Source of the DNA: a virus
DNA: 64,000 bases
IMG/VR virus record: IMGVR_UViG_3300008259_000347
Coordinates: 14,209-78,208 of that record
Direction: 5' to 3' (one strand)
Shown here piece after piece: positions 56,048 through 64,000 of this stretch (its first letter is position 1; each line of letters begins with the position of its first letter). Under the pieces are notes generated by a model. The model was not told where the DNA came from. It ran no database searches and was given only the letters and a program-made list of their open reading frames with translations. The position numbers were made by a program, and so were the translations under genes.

Positions 56048-56765
56048 AGGCAGTATTGTTGTTAGTATCGTACCAGTATAGACTTCTATGTGGTGGGTCG
56101 TCGTCGAGATATTGACTATTGCTAACATAATAGAAAAGTCTAAGAGTATTTCTACTTAGGCCTTCTGGACACTGTATTGGTGTAGGGTATCCGTGAAATC
56201 CTGTTTTATGATATTGCCAAATAACACATCTATTAAATTTAGTAAAAACTTTTTTAACTAGAGTTGTATTCGAATCATCATAAAATTCAATATGCCCGCC
56301 ATATTCTTCCTGCCAATGTTCGCTTAGATAAACAATCAAGGTTAGTTTTCTATGTAATCTAAGATCATCGTTCCAATTAAAATCGGTATGTATCTTAAGA
56401 CTATCTCCATTAAAACTTCGACTATACCCTGCTCCGGTTAGGTGCGGATCAGGTAGTAATCCTTGTATTCCAGTAATATTTTCTAACCATTTTAAACCTT
56501 GGCTACTATGAAGTTGATTAATTAGATTAACTGCTGCTGGACTATAATCTAAATTCTTACACTCTTTCATGTAACTGCCTCGACGTGTGAATTCGGTCCA
56601 ATGTTCTACAGGTACACTTTCACATTCTTTTTGAAGAACGTGCGCAGTTTCGGTAGGTAAAAAATCATCCAATACAAGTATTGGATGAGGTTGTGTTTCT
56701 GTAAATTTTGAATTAAGTTCTTGTAGATTCGAAAACTTAGTTCTTATGTGTTGTATATCATACAT
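56025..56765 (-). CDS. 2OG-Fe(II) oxygenase, prolyl-4-hydroxylase-like
   Basis: LKIHTDFN (HxD); RKLTLIVYL; GGHIEF; FNRCVI; FHG; R..LRLFYY. Confidence 0.85.
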   Translation of the reverse strand: MYDIQHIRTKFSNLQELNSKFTETQPHPILVLDDFLPTETAHVLQKECESVPVEHWTEFTRRGSYMKECKNLDYSPAAVNLINQLHSSQGLKWLENITGIQGLLPDPHLTGAGYSRSFNGDSLKIHTDFNWNDDLRLHRKLTLIVYLSEHWQEEYGGHIEFYDDSNTTLVKKVFTKFNRCVIWQYHKTGFHGYPTPIQCPEGLSRNTLRLFYYVSNSQYLDDDPPHRSLYWYDTNNNTAYDNRTQK

Positions 56766-57430
56766 CAACTATTTATAGTGTCAATTATAGGAAATACATT
56801 GGATATAACTTCTGCACAAGCTCGAGCAACTTCTTGATGTTCTTGTTGAGTGCCGTTGGCACTACGTAGTTCAATAAAGTGTACCCAACTACGCAGAGTA
56901 CCATTCATGTATAAACGGCTTTCGATCAACCCCTCCGGCAATACAACACGGGCTTGTTCTTTAGCTATACCGTTTTCAATAGCCCAGTTATAAGCCATTC
57001 GTGCTTCGGTAATTACATTATTTTGCCATATATCCCACTTCTTTTGTAATTCAGTGTCTTCGGTTTTTATACTGTTTTGTCTATTCTTTGTGTCTTGGAG
57101 TCTTGCTTCTCGTCTAACGAAGTTAAGATCTTTTGTAGGGTCTGCATATCGTTGACTGAACTCCTGGAAACTGAAACTTCTGTGACGTAGGATTTGCCTT
57201 GCAATATCTCGTGTCGTCGTAATTTCCAAGCAAGCTGATACCATCTCGAGTGGACTCCAGTGTTTGTGTCGTACGAGGTACCCGATGAGCTTGCTACTGG
57301 TGTCGTTGTTGAACTGATTACTCGGGTTTGAGACTCGGGCACAGTAGGCGATGAGTTCTTGGGCATCGGTAATTCCAAGGGAGGTAAACTCGCTAGTTGG
57401 TTGACTGTAGGATAAAAGTTTGACATTCAT
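56765..57430 (-). CDS. thyX: FAD-dependent thymidylate synthase
   Basis: HWSPLE; RQILRHRSFSFQEFSQRY ThyX motif; AKEQAR.VLP. Confidence 0.96.
   Translation of the reverse strand: MNVKLLSYSQPTSEFTSLGITDAQELIAYCARVSNPSNQFNNDTSSKLIGYLVRHKHWSPLEMVSACLEITTTRDIARQILRHRSFSFQEFSQRYADPTKDLNFVRREARLQDTKNRQNSIKTEDTELQKKWDIWQNNVITEARMAYNWAIENGIAKEQARVVLPEGLIESRLYMNGTLRSWVHFIELRSANGTQQEHQEVARACAEVISNVFPIIDTINS
56770..56777 (-). promoter_or_regulatory. TATAAATA T4-type late promoter inside the thyX 3' end
   Basis: Exact T4 late consensus on the minus strand, 4 nt before the ATG of the 2OG oxygenase. Confidence 0.55.
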
Positions 57431-57739
57431 TTATTTAAGCTTTCTTTTCTTTAAAAATTTGTTTGTGTGTTTAATAATATCTTTTTTGATTCTCTCTGTG
57501 TCTAATTTAAAGTCTACGTTATCAATTTCGCTTTCATAAGTGGACAGCATATCTTTGAGACTTGGCTCAAATACTTCCCAATCCTTGTTGGCTAAATCTA
57601 TCTCCCAAACCTTGCCGTTTTTAAACTTTATAGTAATTGAATCTAAATATCGTAGGGGTACAACATTTAAATTAATTTCTCCAAATACTTCTGGCCAGTG
57701 TTCTATTACATCTTTGGGAAATTTCTTCCCTTGCGTCAC
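57431..57739 (-). CDS. hypothetical protein
   Basis: 102 aa ORF coupled to its neighbours. Confidence 0.7.
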   Translation of the reverse strand: MTQGKKFPKDVIEHWPEVFGEINLNVVPLRYLDSITIKFKNGKVWEIDLANKDWEVFEPSLKDMLSTYESEIDNVDFKLDTERIKKDIIKHTNKFLKKRKLK

Positions 57740-58359
57740 TTAACTACAGCAACCTTTTTCTTTGTAGGAATCAATTCTTCTGCTAATCTTCTAAGATGAG
57801 CAGCTTCTTTGCTCAATCTATCAGCGTCGCTTCTGTACTTTTTAGCTATATCTTCATCAGATAAGCCTTGAAGTCCATTTTGATCTATCAAAGGATCGGT
57901 ATTGTTTGTTTTTGGACTAATGTCGCTGGCACTAGCAATTTCTTTAACTTGGACATCTGTTTTAGGAGCGTCTGGTTGAAGAGCTAGATCCTGTACACTA
58001 ATACCCTTTTGCTCAGCTATTAACTGATTTAATTCAGATAATAAAATACTGACAGAGGGATTGGGTATCATTTCTATAGAAGCAGTAGGTACTTTAGTCA
58101 ATAATCCTTTTACGTGTAAAGATGGAAGCATAGTACTTCCATCTGAAAACACAGCTCTTGCTAATACTTCACTGAGCTCTGGATTAACCTGAGCAGCATT
58201 TGATTCTACAAGACTAATAATACTGTCATGATAGCTTTCGCTTAATGCTTCTGTCATTACAACTAGAGCACTAAAAGCATCTCCAGGCAGAGTTCTGAAC
58301 ACTACAATACACTTTCTACCGTTGTCTTTGATTCTGCCTACATGTTTTAGATCAGCCAT
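57736..58359 (-). CDS. hypothetical protein
   Basis: 207 aa ORF with an upstream GGAG RBS. Confidence 0.75.
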   Translation of the reverse strand: MADLKHVGRIKDNGRKCIVVFRTLPGDAFSALVVMTEALSESYHDSIISLVESNAAQVNPELSEVLARAVFSDGSTMLPSLHVKGLLTKVPTASIEMIPNPSVSILLSELNQLIAEQKGISVQDLALQPDAPKTDVQVKEIASASDISPKTNNTDPLIDQNGLQGLSDEDIAKKYRSDADRLSKEAAHLRRLAEELIPTKKKVAVVK

Positions 58360-58360
58360 T

Positions 58361-58603
58361 TTAGACTCCTTTTGGTTGTTGTTTAGTCACAGAATCTAAG
58401 AAATTAGTTAGTTTTGTATAAGTTTGGCCAACAATAGTCATTTCGCCTGGTTTAAATGCGCCTCTAGAACTAGCTACATCGATAATAGTTTTCATTGCGT
58501 TAAGATCGGCAATGTTTAGTTCAGCTGATTCAGGTGCTGCGGCCTCAGCTGGTGGCGGAGGTGGTACTGCGGTTTCCATAACGTTTTTAGTTTCTTCGGT
58601 CAT
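58361..58603 (-). CDS. hypothetical protein with Pro/Ala/Glu-rich N-terminus
   Basis: 80 aa; strong AAGGAG RBS. Confidence 0.75.
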   Translation of the reverse strand: MTEETKNVMETAVPPPPPAEAAAPESAELNIADLNAMKTIIDVASSRGAFKPGEMTIVGQTYTKLTNFLDSVTKQQPKGV

Positions 58604-58640
58604 ACTTACTCCTTAGTTAAAAGTATATGTTTAATTATCT

Positions 58641-58919
58641 TTATTTTATATAAGGACAGGCAATTTTGAAGAAGCTTACTTCTTTTTCTTGTTCGAAACC
58701 AACTTTGAGAATATATCCAATAGTGTTGTCAACAATACCAACAGACTGTCCTATATAATAACGTCCGTTCAAATTACCATAGATCCATTTGTCTATACTT
58801 TTATAACTGAGAGGGCTATATTTGGGAATAGTAACAAAATAAAAATGATGCGCTGGGAAATTGCATTTTCTGATACCCAGCGCATTTAAAGGATTTACTT
58901 TGCCGTTTTTTAGGGCCAT
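58641..58919 (-). CDS. hypothetical protein
   Basis: 92 aa; TAATG coupling to the vWA gene. Confidence 0.7.
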   Translation of the reverse strand: MALKNGKVNPLNALGIRKCNFPAHHFYFVTIPKYSPLSYKSIDKWIYGNLNGRYYIGQSVGIVDNTIGYILKVGFEQEKEVSFFKIACPYIK

Positions 58920-60088
58920 TACTTCTTGAACTCGTAATAAGCATGAGCGCCAAACGGAGGAACAATCGTGTCATTACCGTGAATAATAAACACAGTGTCG
59001 CAGTAGTCAGCATCACCCCAACTGTCCCAAGGATAACCGTCTGTGAACATAATAAACTTTTTAGGAACGATATCGTGGTCTTTCATGTATGTCCAGTTGC
59101 ACATAAAGTCAGTACCACCACCGCCCATAAGTTCATAGCCCATGATGTCATCATTATAGCCATCAAAATCTGCTTCGTTGTAAACCTTGGTATCAAAGCA
59201 CCACAATTTAATTTTGTAGTCTTTGTATTCTTCCATTATGCCCTTGACTTCACTAATAAAGTCCTTGCCCATTTCGTCACTAATACTGCCAGACATATCA
59301 ATTGAACAGCAGATATCAATGGTTTCGTCGAATTGTGTACCAGGAAGTATAGCACTCATGTGCCAAGCTTTGCGACTAGGACGCATAAAGGTATAATCGT
59401 TTTTAATCACACTTTGAATTTGCTGACGTAGAATTTCACGCCAGTTCATTTTAGGCTCGGTTAAATCTTTAATCATACGTGCTATGCTAGCAGGAGTATT
59501 ACCTGCTCCTGCTGCCTGTGCTGCCTGGATAGTAGCTTCCTTAATCTCGTCACGTATTTGTTTCAGCTCTTCTTTAGTGTAAGAAGGACGATTGCCTTTA
59601 CCTTCTTTCTCCCAGTCAATGTGCTCATCAAGTAATTGACCAAGTGCTGCTAGTTGCTCCGCATCCATTTTTTCAAAAATTTCGTCGTAGATTTGTTCGG
59701 TACCTTTACCGTAATGCTGAGGATCGTGAAAGATTTTAATGTCTGGAGGCACTTCGCCGATACGGTCACGAATCAATTGTCCGTTAACGCTGTAGTCGGC
59801 AGCGGCATTCCAAATAAAACGATCTCGGCCTTCGACACGCATCATATGATCAAATACATTATGAAGAATTTCGTGTGCTACAACAAATTCGACTTGTTTA
59901 TTAGTAAGTTTTTCGAAAAACCCACGATTGTAATATAAGTTACGCCCATCGGTAGCCGCAGTAGGACACCAGTCACTACCGTCCATAATTTTAAGACGAG
60001 TAGCCATATTACCAAAAAATGGATGACGAAGTAGTAGACCTACTCGTGCTACAACAATTTTATCAACTACAGGATCTAAATAGCTCAT
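58919..60088 (-). CDS. metallopeptidase-vWA domain protein (DUF2201-like), MoxR partner
   Basis: TAATDG; HEILH (HExxH); WNAAAD; IDMSGS MIDAS; GGGGTDF; FTDG. Confidence 0.9.
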   Translation of the reverse strand: MSYLDPVVDKIVVARVGLLLRHPFFGNMATRLKIMDGSDWCPTAATDGRNLYYNRGFFEKLTNKQVEFVVAHEILHNVFDHMMRVEGRDRFIWNAAADYSVNGQLIRDRIGEVPPDIKIFHDPQHYGKGTEQIYDEIFEKMDAEQLAALGQLLDEHIDWEKEGKGNRPSYTKEELKQIRDEIKEATIQAAQAAGAGNTPASIARMIKDLTEPKMNWREILRQQIQSVIKNDYTFMRPSRKAWHMSAILPGTQFDETIDICCSIDMSGSISDEMGKDFISEVKGIMEEYKDYKIKLWCFDTKVYNEADFDGYNDDIMGYELMGGGGTDFMCNWTYMKDHDIVPKKFIMFTDGYPWDSWGDADYCDTVFIIHGNDTIVPPFGAHAYYEFKK

Positions 60089-60117
60089 TTTTGCTCCGTT
60101 ATTTACTGTACTTATAC

Positions 60118-60146
60118 ATTATAACAGGGCCCGCAGGCCCTGTCAA
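60118..60146 (-). promoter_or_regulatory. perfect sigma70 promoter TTGACA-17-TATAAT whose spacer is a GC-rich hairpin
   Basis: Minus strand TTGACAGGGCCTGCGGGCCCTGTTATAAT. Confidence 0.8.
60122..60145 (-). terminator. hairpin just downstream of the MoxR stop; possible weak terminator or operator
   Basis: ACAGGGCC-TGCG-GGCCCTGT perfect 8-bp stem, 12-14 nt after the stop codon; U-tract is poor. Confidence 0.45.
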
Positions 60147-60157
60147 TGGCTGTTGGA

Positions 60158-61249
60158 TCAATTTCGATCTGTAGCCGCTGCGATATACTTTCCGTACTTT
60201 GCGTGAAACTGGTCGAAACATTCGATTTCGTCCGGATCCAAAGGCAGTTGATACTGTGTAAGTGCCAACTTAGTACCCATAACAACCAACTCAGTTTCAA
60301 AGTTGTTCATGATGAAATTGAAGAAGTTGTTAACTTTCTTATTCCAATCTTTTTCTTGCTTGTCGCAAGAATCTTTAAGCTCATAGCACAGGCTAACAGT
60401 TAAAGAATACATAGCCGAAATCTCTTTAGATTCCATTTTAGTAACTTTGCCGCTCAAAATATCTTCTGGCTTAGGCATTTTGCTGGCAATTTTGCGATGT
60501 GCCATAAACTTAACAGCAAGGCCTTCACCAACAGCACCTGAAACAAGGTCAGTCAAAGTGCTTTCATCTTCTTCGTCATCGAACAATAGTTCGCTAACGA
60601 ATGCCCATGAACGAGGAGTAGCAAAAGCACGGCTACCGCTCTTAGGATCAAAATCGTACAAGTCTTTCTTACTAAACGAAAGAAAACCTAGTACATCTTT
60701 ATGAATACGATTGTCAGTAGCCCAACCAAAGTAGTCATCCCAGTCAACACGCATTTCCAAGTGAACGAAACGATTTGCCAACGGAGCAGGCATACGATAA
60801 GTAACACCTTTGTCGCTTTCGCGATTACCTGCGGCAACGATTAGAACATTGTCCGGCAAGTAGTAAGTGCCAACACGACGATTAAGAACCAACTGATAAG
60901 CCGCTGCCTGAACAGCAGGAGCTGCTGAATTCATTTCGTCCATGAACAAAATGATTTGTTTGTGTTTTTTTGCCATTACAGCGTCAGGCAATTCAATAGG
61001 AGGCGCCCACGCCATCTTACCATTGTCACCGTCAAAATAAGGAATACCTTTGATGTCAGTAGGTTCCCACAAACTCAAACGAATATCAATAACGTGAGCA
61101 TCGAGCTCTTCGCCCATTTGTTTAATGATATCTGACTTACCAATACCTGGAGGACCCCAAAGAAAGATTGGACGTTTAGCTTTGAAAGCTCGACGCAGAG
61201 ATTTCTTAGCTGCCTTAGGACCAACTTGACGCGATGAAATTTCGCTCAT
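60158..61249 (-). CDS. MoxR-family AAA+ ATPase
   Basis: GPPGIGKS Walker A; LFMDEMN Walker B; AAGNR; LANRF; TPRSW. Confidence 0.92.
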   Translation of the reverse strand: MSEISSRQVGPKAAKKSLRRAFKAKRPIFLWGPPGIGKSDIIKQMGEELDAHVIDIRLSLWEPTDIKGIPYFDGDNGKMAWAPPIELPDAVMAKKHKQIILFMDEMNSAAPAVQAAAYQLVLNRRVGTYYLPDNVLIVAAGNRESDKGVTYRMPAPLANRFVHLEMRVDWDDYFGWATDNRIHKDVLGFLSFSKKDLYDFDPKSGSRAFATPRSWAFVSELLFDDEEDESTLTDLVSGAVGEGLAVKFMAHRKIASKMPKPEDILSGKVTKMESKEISAMYSLTVSLCYELKDSCDKQEKDWNKKVNNFFNFIMNNFETELVVMGTKLALTQYQLPLDPDEIECFDQFHAKYGKYIAAATDRN

Positions 61250-61308
61250 TTATATGCCTTTCGAAAAGTTAATAAAAATTACTGTGTGTTTTGTATCGCA
61301 GTGTTGTT

Positions 61309-61337
61309 ATTATATGGCAAAACACTATAAATGTCAA
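61309..61337 (-). promoter_or_regulatory. perfect sigma70 early promoter for the MoxR gene
   Basis: TTGACA (61337-61332), 17 nt spacer, TATAAT (61314-61309). Confidence 0.85.
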
Positions 61338-61352
61338 AGGATATTTGATGAT

Positions 61353-61754
61353 TTAGAAACCGTTTTGGCTATCTTTTTGTTGATTGTTCATAGCTTTGAC
61401 TAGTCCATAACGACGGATGTCGTCGGAAAACATATAAAGTTCAAAACTTTTCTTTTCGGAAAAAACGATTATTGCTTTATTTGTAAGAAAATATGGACAG
61501 TCCATGTGTCTGTCGAAAAAAATGATTACTTGTGGACTTAAATCGATTGGGTCTGTAAATGGAATTTCATAACTTCTAAGATCTAATTCTGTTGTTAAAA
61601 AATTAAAACCTTCTTCGCTCAATCTAAGACCGCCAGTGTCTTTACTTCGATGACTTTGCCACCATTTATAAAGATGTAGTTTTATATTAGCAGAATCTAT
61701 ACTTTTGTCTGATTGTTTGAGAAATATTTTGGTGTATGTTTCTTTGCTAATCAT
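61353..61754 (-). CDS. hypothetical protein
   Basis: 133 aa; GGLRLSEEG motif; ATGA overlap. Confidence 0.7.
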   Translation of the reverse strand: MISKETYTKIFLKQSDKSIDSANIKLHLYKWWQSHRSKDTGGLRLSEEGFNFLTTELDLRSYEIPFTDPIDLSPQVIIFFDRHMDCPYFLTNKAIIVFSEKKSFELYMFSDDIRRYGLVKAMNNQQKDSQNGF

Positions 61755-62035
61755 TTTATTATTTCGCCGGACGTCAATTTGACAACTTCAAATTCATCCG
61801 TATTAAACATTTGATTTAATTTTTTAGCGAGATTATGTGCGTGACCAGGGTTACTGAAACTAACTTTTTTGTATTTAGGACCAGGGTAGCTTGTTAGACT
61901 ATTAGAGCTTTTTAAGTTAAATGGTTCGCCCTTATAAAAAACTGCCCAAATGGCTTCGGCTTCTAATACTTGTTCGCTTTTATAATTTTTTTTATTAATA
62001 TACTCTAATAAAACTTTTGGTTTTGGCCTGCTCAT
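61751..62035 (-). CDS. hypothetical protein
   Basis: Likely start MSRPKP after a GGAG RBS; TAAATA box at 62064-62059 upstream. Confidence 0.7.
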   Translation of the reverse strand: MSRPKPKVLLEYINKKNYKSEQVLEAEAIWAVFYKGEPFNLKSSNSLTSYPGPKYKKVSFSNPGHAHNLAKKLNQMFNTDEFEVVKLTSGEIIK

Positions 62036-62071
62036 ATACGTCTCCAAATATACGTATATATTTATCTGGTT

Positions 62072-62308
62072 TTATTTAAAGCCGCCGCCATCCATTTGAA
62101 TATTAACACTTTCTCCTGTATTTTGTGCTACTTTTTGTAATAAAGCGTCATAATTTTCTAATAGTCGAGCATTCACGTCTGCTAGACAATACATTAACAG
62201 TTTAGCAGTCTTTATATCTAACTTTACTTCTTTTTGCTGACTTAATTCGGCTGCTTTAACCTGTTGTATAAATTGCTGTATAGGTTGAGTGTTAATTGGA
62301 TTTTGCAT
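62072..62308 (-). CDS. hypothetical protein
   Basis: 78 aa ORF in the operon. Confidence 0.65.
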   Translation of the reverse strand: MQNPINTQPIQQFIQQVKAAELSQQKEVKLDIKTAKLLMYCLADVNARLLENYDALLQKVAQNTGESVNIQMDGGGFK

Positions 62309-62768
62309 TGCTCAGTGCCTGTTTCATTTCTAATTCAGTTTTGAAAGGACCACGATATTCGTATCTTTCAATAGTGATTAATTTTGGACAAAAACTTTTG
62401 ACCCAGCCTTTGTCAAATTTAATTGTGTAATATCCAGCACAATACAGGCTTTTACTCGCACCACTTTTAGTAAACAGTGGTAATTTTTTTTGTACATTGA
62501 ACAACGGATTGAACGGATAGCAACTTGTAGGAAATCCGTACACTTCTCTGACATCACTATGACTTACTTGTGTTTTTATTTTTGTTTCAAAAAAGTCTTG
62601 GCCAAAAATCTTTGTAAGTTCATCTTTACGATTAAAAAACTTTTCTCCATTTTTAGAACTTAACATAAATTTGTTATTTTCTTTTTTGTGTAACGTACCA
62701 ATTTTCTCACCATCTTCTTCGATGATCCAAAACTTTCCGTCAACTACTGGTTTAGCTTTTATGTTCAT
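62292..62768 (-). CDS. hypothetical protein
   Basis: Likely start MNIKAKP at 62768; PLFTKS..SKSLYCAGYY motif. Confidence 0.7.
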   Translation of the reverse strand: MNIKAKPVVDGKFWIIEEDGEKIGTLHKKENNKFMLSSKNGEKFFNRKDELTKIFGQDFFETKIKTQVSHSDVREVYGFPTSCYPFNPLFNVQKKLPLFTKSGASKSLYCAGYYTIKFDKGWVKSFCPKLITIERYEYRGPFKTELEMKQALSNAKSN

Positions 62769-63750
62769 GTGTATATCTCGCTTGAAAGGGCTCCGCATAA
62801 CTCTGGATGCTGTCTATAATTTTTTTCATATCGTATAGTTGACAGAACTTCATTAGTCTGATACCGACTTGACTAATGTTTTTAGGTTCCTGTGTTTGTG
62901 TACGTATTGTTTCTTGTATAATTTCTTTTATATTATCTGGTTGATGGCTTAGATCAATCAGTCTGCGATTGCGTTCGTAATCGTCTAATACTCTGTGTTC
63001 TTTCTTTTCATGATCTACCCATTTTTGCAACATGAGATTGTTCCATGAATAACCTTTTTTATTCTTATCTTCAAATGCTTCTTGTAATCCTACTTTATTT
63101 TTTGTACCTTTAGTACGAACTCCAGGAAAAGCAGAAAATACATTATCGCTAGTGTCACCTCTCATACACTTTTCGAAAAGTATCCATTCTGGATTAGGCA
63201 CTGGAACTTCTTCTTTAGTTTTTTTATCAATAATTCGCTTGCCTTTTTTATCAAATATACCGGTGTGTGTAGTTGTTGTTTCTGCTACACCATTATATTG
63301 ACTTACGTTTGGAGCAATAAGTTGATGAAAATCACTATCAGTGCTGATAATAATGTGATTATCGTTAGGATGAGATTGTATAAATCCAGCGATAAGATCG
63401 TCTGCTTCTAATTGAGAATTATGTAATACAGTGCAATTAGTTTTTTCTACAATGAAGTTTTTAAATTCATCAAATGTTTCCCAGAATAATTTATCTTCTT
63501 CTTGTTCTTTTACAGTCATAGCGGCACGACTTTCTGCTCGATTAGCCTTGTAAGGAGCATAAAAGTCTTTGCGCCAAGATCTACCTTCGAGGCAGAATAC
63601 TACATGATTGCCATCGAAATCTTGCCATGCTTTTTTGATACTGTTAAAAGTAATATGAAGAGCCATGCCTAACTTAATATCAGCATCTCCCCTTACTACG
63701 TGTCGTGATCTAAAAAATGTATTAGCAGTATCTACTAGAATATAGTTCAT
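62752..63750 (-). CDS. rnh: T4 RNase H-like 5'-3' exonuclease (FEN/PIN fold)
   Basis: ILVD; SWRK...YKANR; EADD; STDSDF.QL; GDTSDNV. Confidence 0.9.
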   Translation of the reverse strand: MNYILVDTANTFFRSRHVVRGDADIKLGMALHITFNSIKKAWQDFDGNHVVFCLEGRSWRKDFYAPYKANRAESRAAMTVKEQEEDKLFWETFDEFKNFIVEKTNCTVLHNSQLEADDLIAGFIQSHPNDNHIIISTDSDFHQLIAPNVSQYNGVAETTTTHTGIFDKKGKRIIDKKTKEEVPVPNPEWILFEKCMRGDTSDNVFSAFPGVRTKGTKNKVGLQEAFEDKNKKGYSWNNLMLQKWVDHEKKEHRVLDDYERNRRLIDLSHQPDNIKEIIQETIRTQTQEPKNISQVGIRLMKFCQLYDMKKIIDSIQSYAEPFQARYTHEHKS

Positions 63751-64000
63751 GAAACTTCTGAACGACCTTTCTCAATCGGAATAACATTAATGTAACCAGC
63801 ACCTCGAGTAATATCTTGTCCTTCTTCGGCTAGAATATTACGTGCTAGATCTCTGAACCAACGATCTACAATTTCTTCTTCTGGATCGCCATCAAATCCA
63901 TATCCAGCTTGCTTCAATTGTACAACAAAATACTCGTTCCAGTCAAGTTCAAAGAAGCCGTTTTTAATATTATCAGGATTAACTTTGGTATCTAGTACAG
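63747..64000 (-). CDS. hypothetical protein (5' end runs off window)
   Basis: Translated by hand: ...NGFFELDWNEYFVVQLKQAGYGFDGDPEEEIVDRWFRDLARN...RSEVS*; ATGA overlap with rnh. Confidence 0.7.
   Translation of the reverse strand, partial: VLDTKVNPDNIKNGFFELDWNEYFVVQLKQAGYGFDGDPEEEIVDRWFRDLARNILAEEGQDITRGAGYINVIPIEKGRSEVS

Noticed and set aside
58943-60704. Antisense and alternative-frame ORFs over the vWA and MoxR genes, and other short antisense ORFs in the track
   Set aside because: They are shadows of strong genes with biased codon usage and have no RBS or motifs.
1-64000. tRNA, rRNA, introns, inteins, integrase or transposase
   Set aside because: Intergenic gaps are very short and none of these signatures was recognisable by eye; a covariance-model scan would be needed to be certain.

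Overview
This AT-rich 64 kb window comes from a large T4-like (myovirus/jumbo-type) phage genome and reads with the standard genetic code. (1) 1-654, minus strand: a partial gp55-like late sigma factor with a long extra segment. (2) 730-36338, plus strand: a late structural operon with baseplate genes (gp53-, gp27-, gp5-, gp25- and gp6-like), a probably single >5000 aa wedge/fibre protein (FG-GAP propeller, YHYH insert), several tail fibres and two paralogous proteins with proline-rich loops. (3) About 36.4-56.8 kb: a ~20 kb modification cluster directly after the fibre genes. It holds 4-5 glycosyltransferases, 2 methyltransferase-like proteins, 8 radical SAM enzymes, 2 QueC-like ATP pyrophosphatases, an SDR, a DegT aminotransferase and a prolyl-hydroxylase-like 2OG-Fe(II) oxygenase. 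(4) 56.8-64 kb, minus strand: thyX, a MoxR ATPase with its peptidase-vWA partner, an RNase H-type 5'-3' exonuclease and hypothetical genes under perfect sigma70 promoters. The best candidates for new biology are the radical SAM/QueC/glycosyltransferase cluster (probably virion or glycan decoration), a bipartite late promoter TACGCAC-N14-TAAATA seen three times, and a possible overprinted ORF in thyX. Six frame breaks (two exact tandem duplications, four apparent deletions) look like assembly artefacts. All family assignments are by motif recognition; no searches were run.
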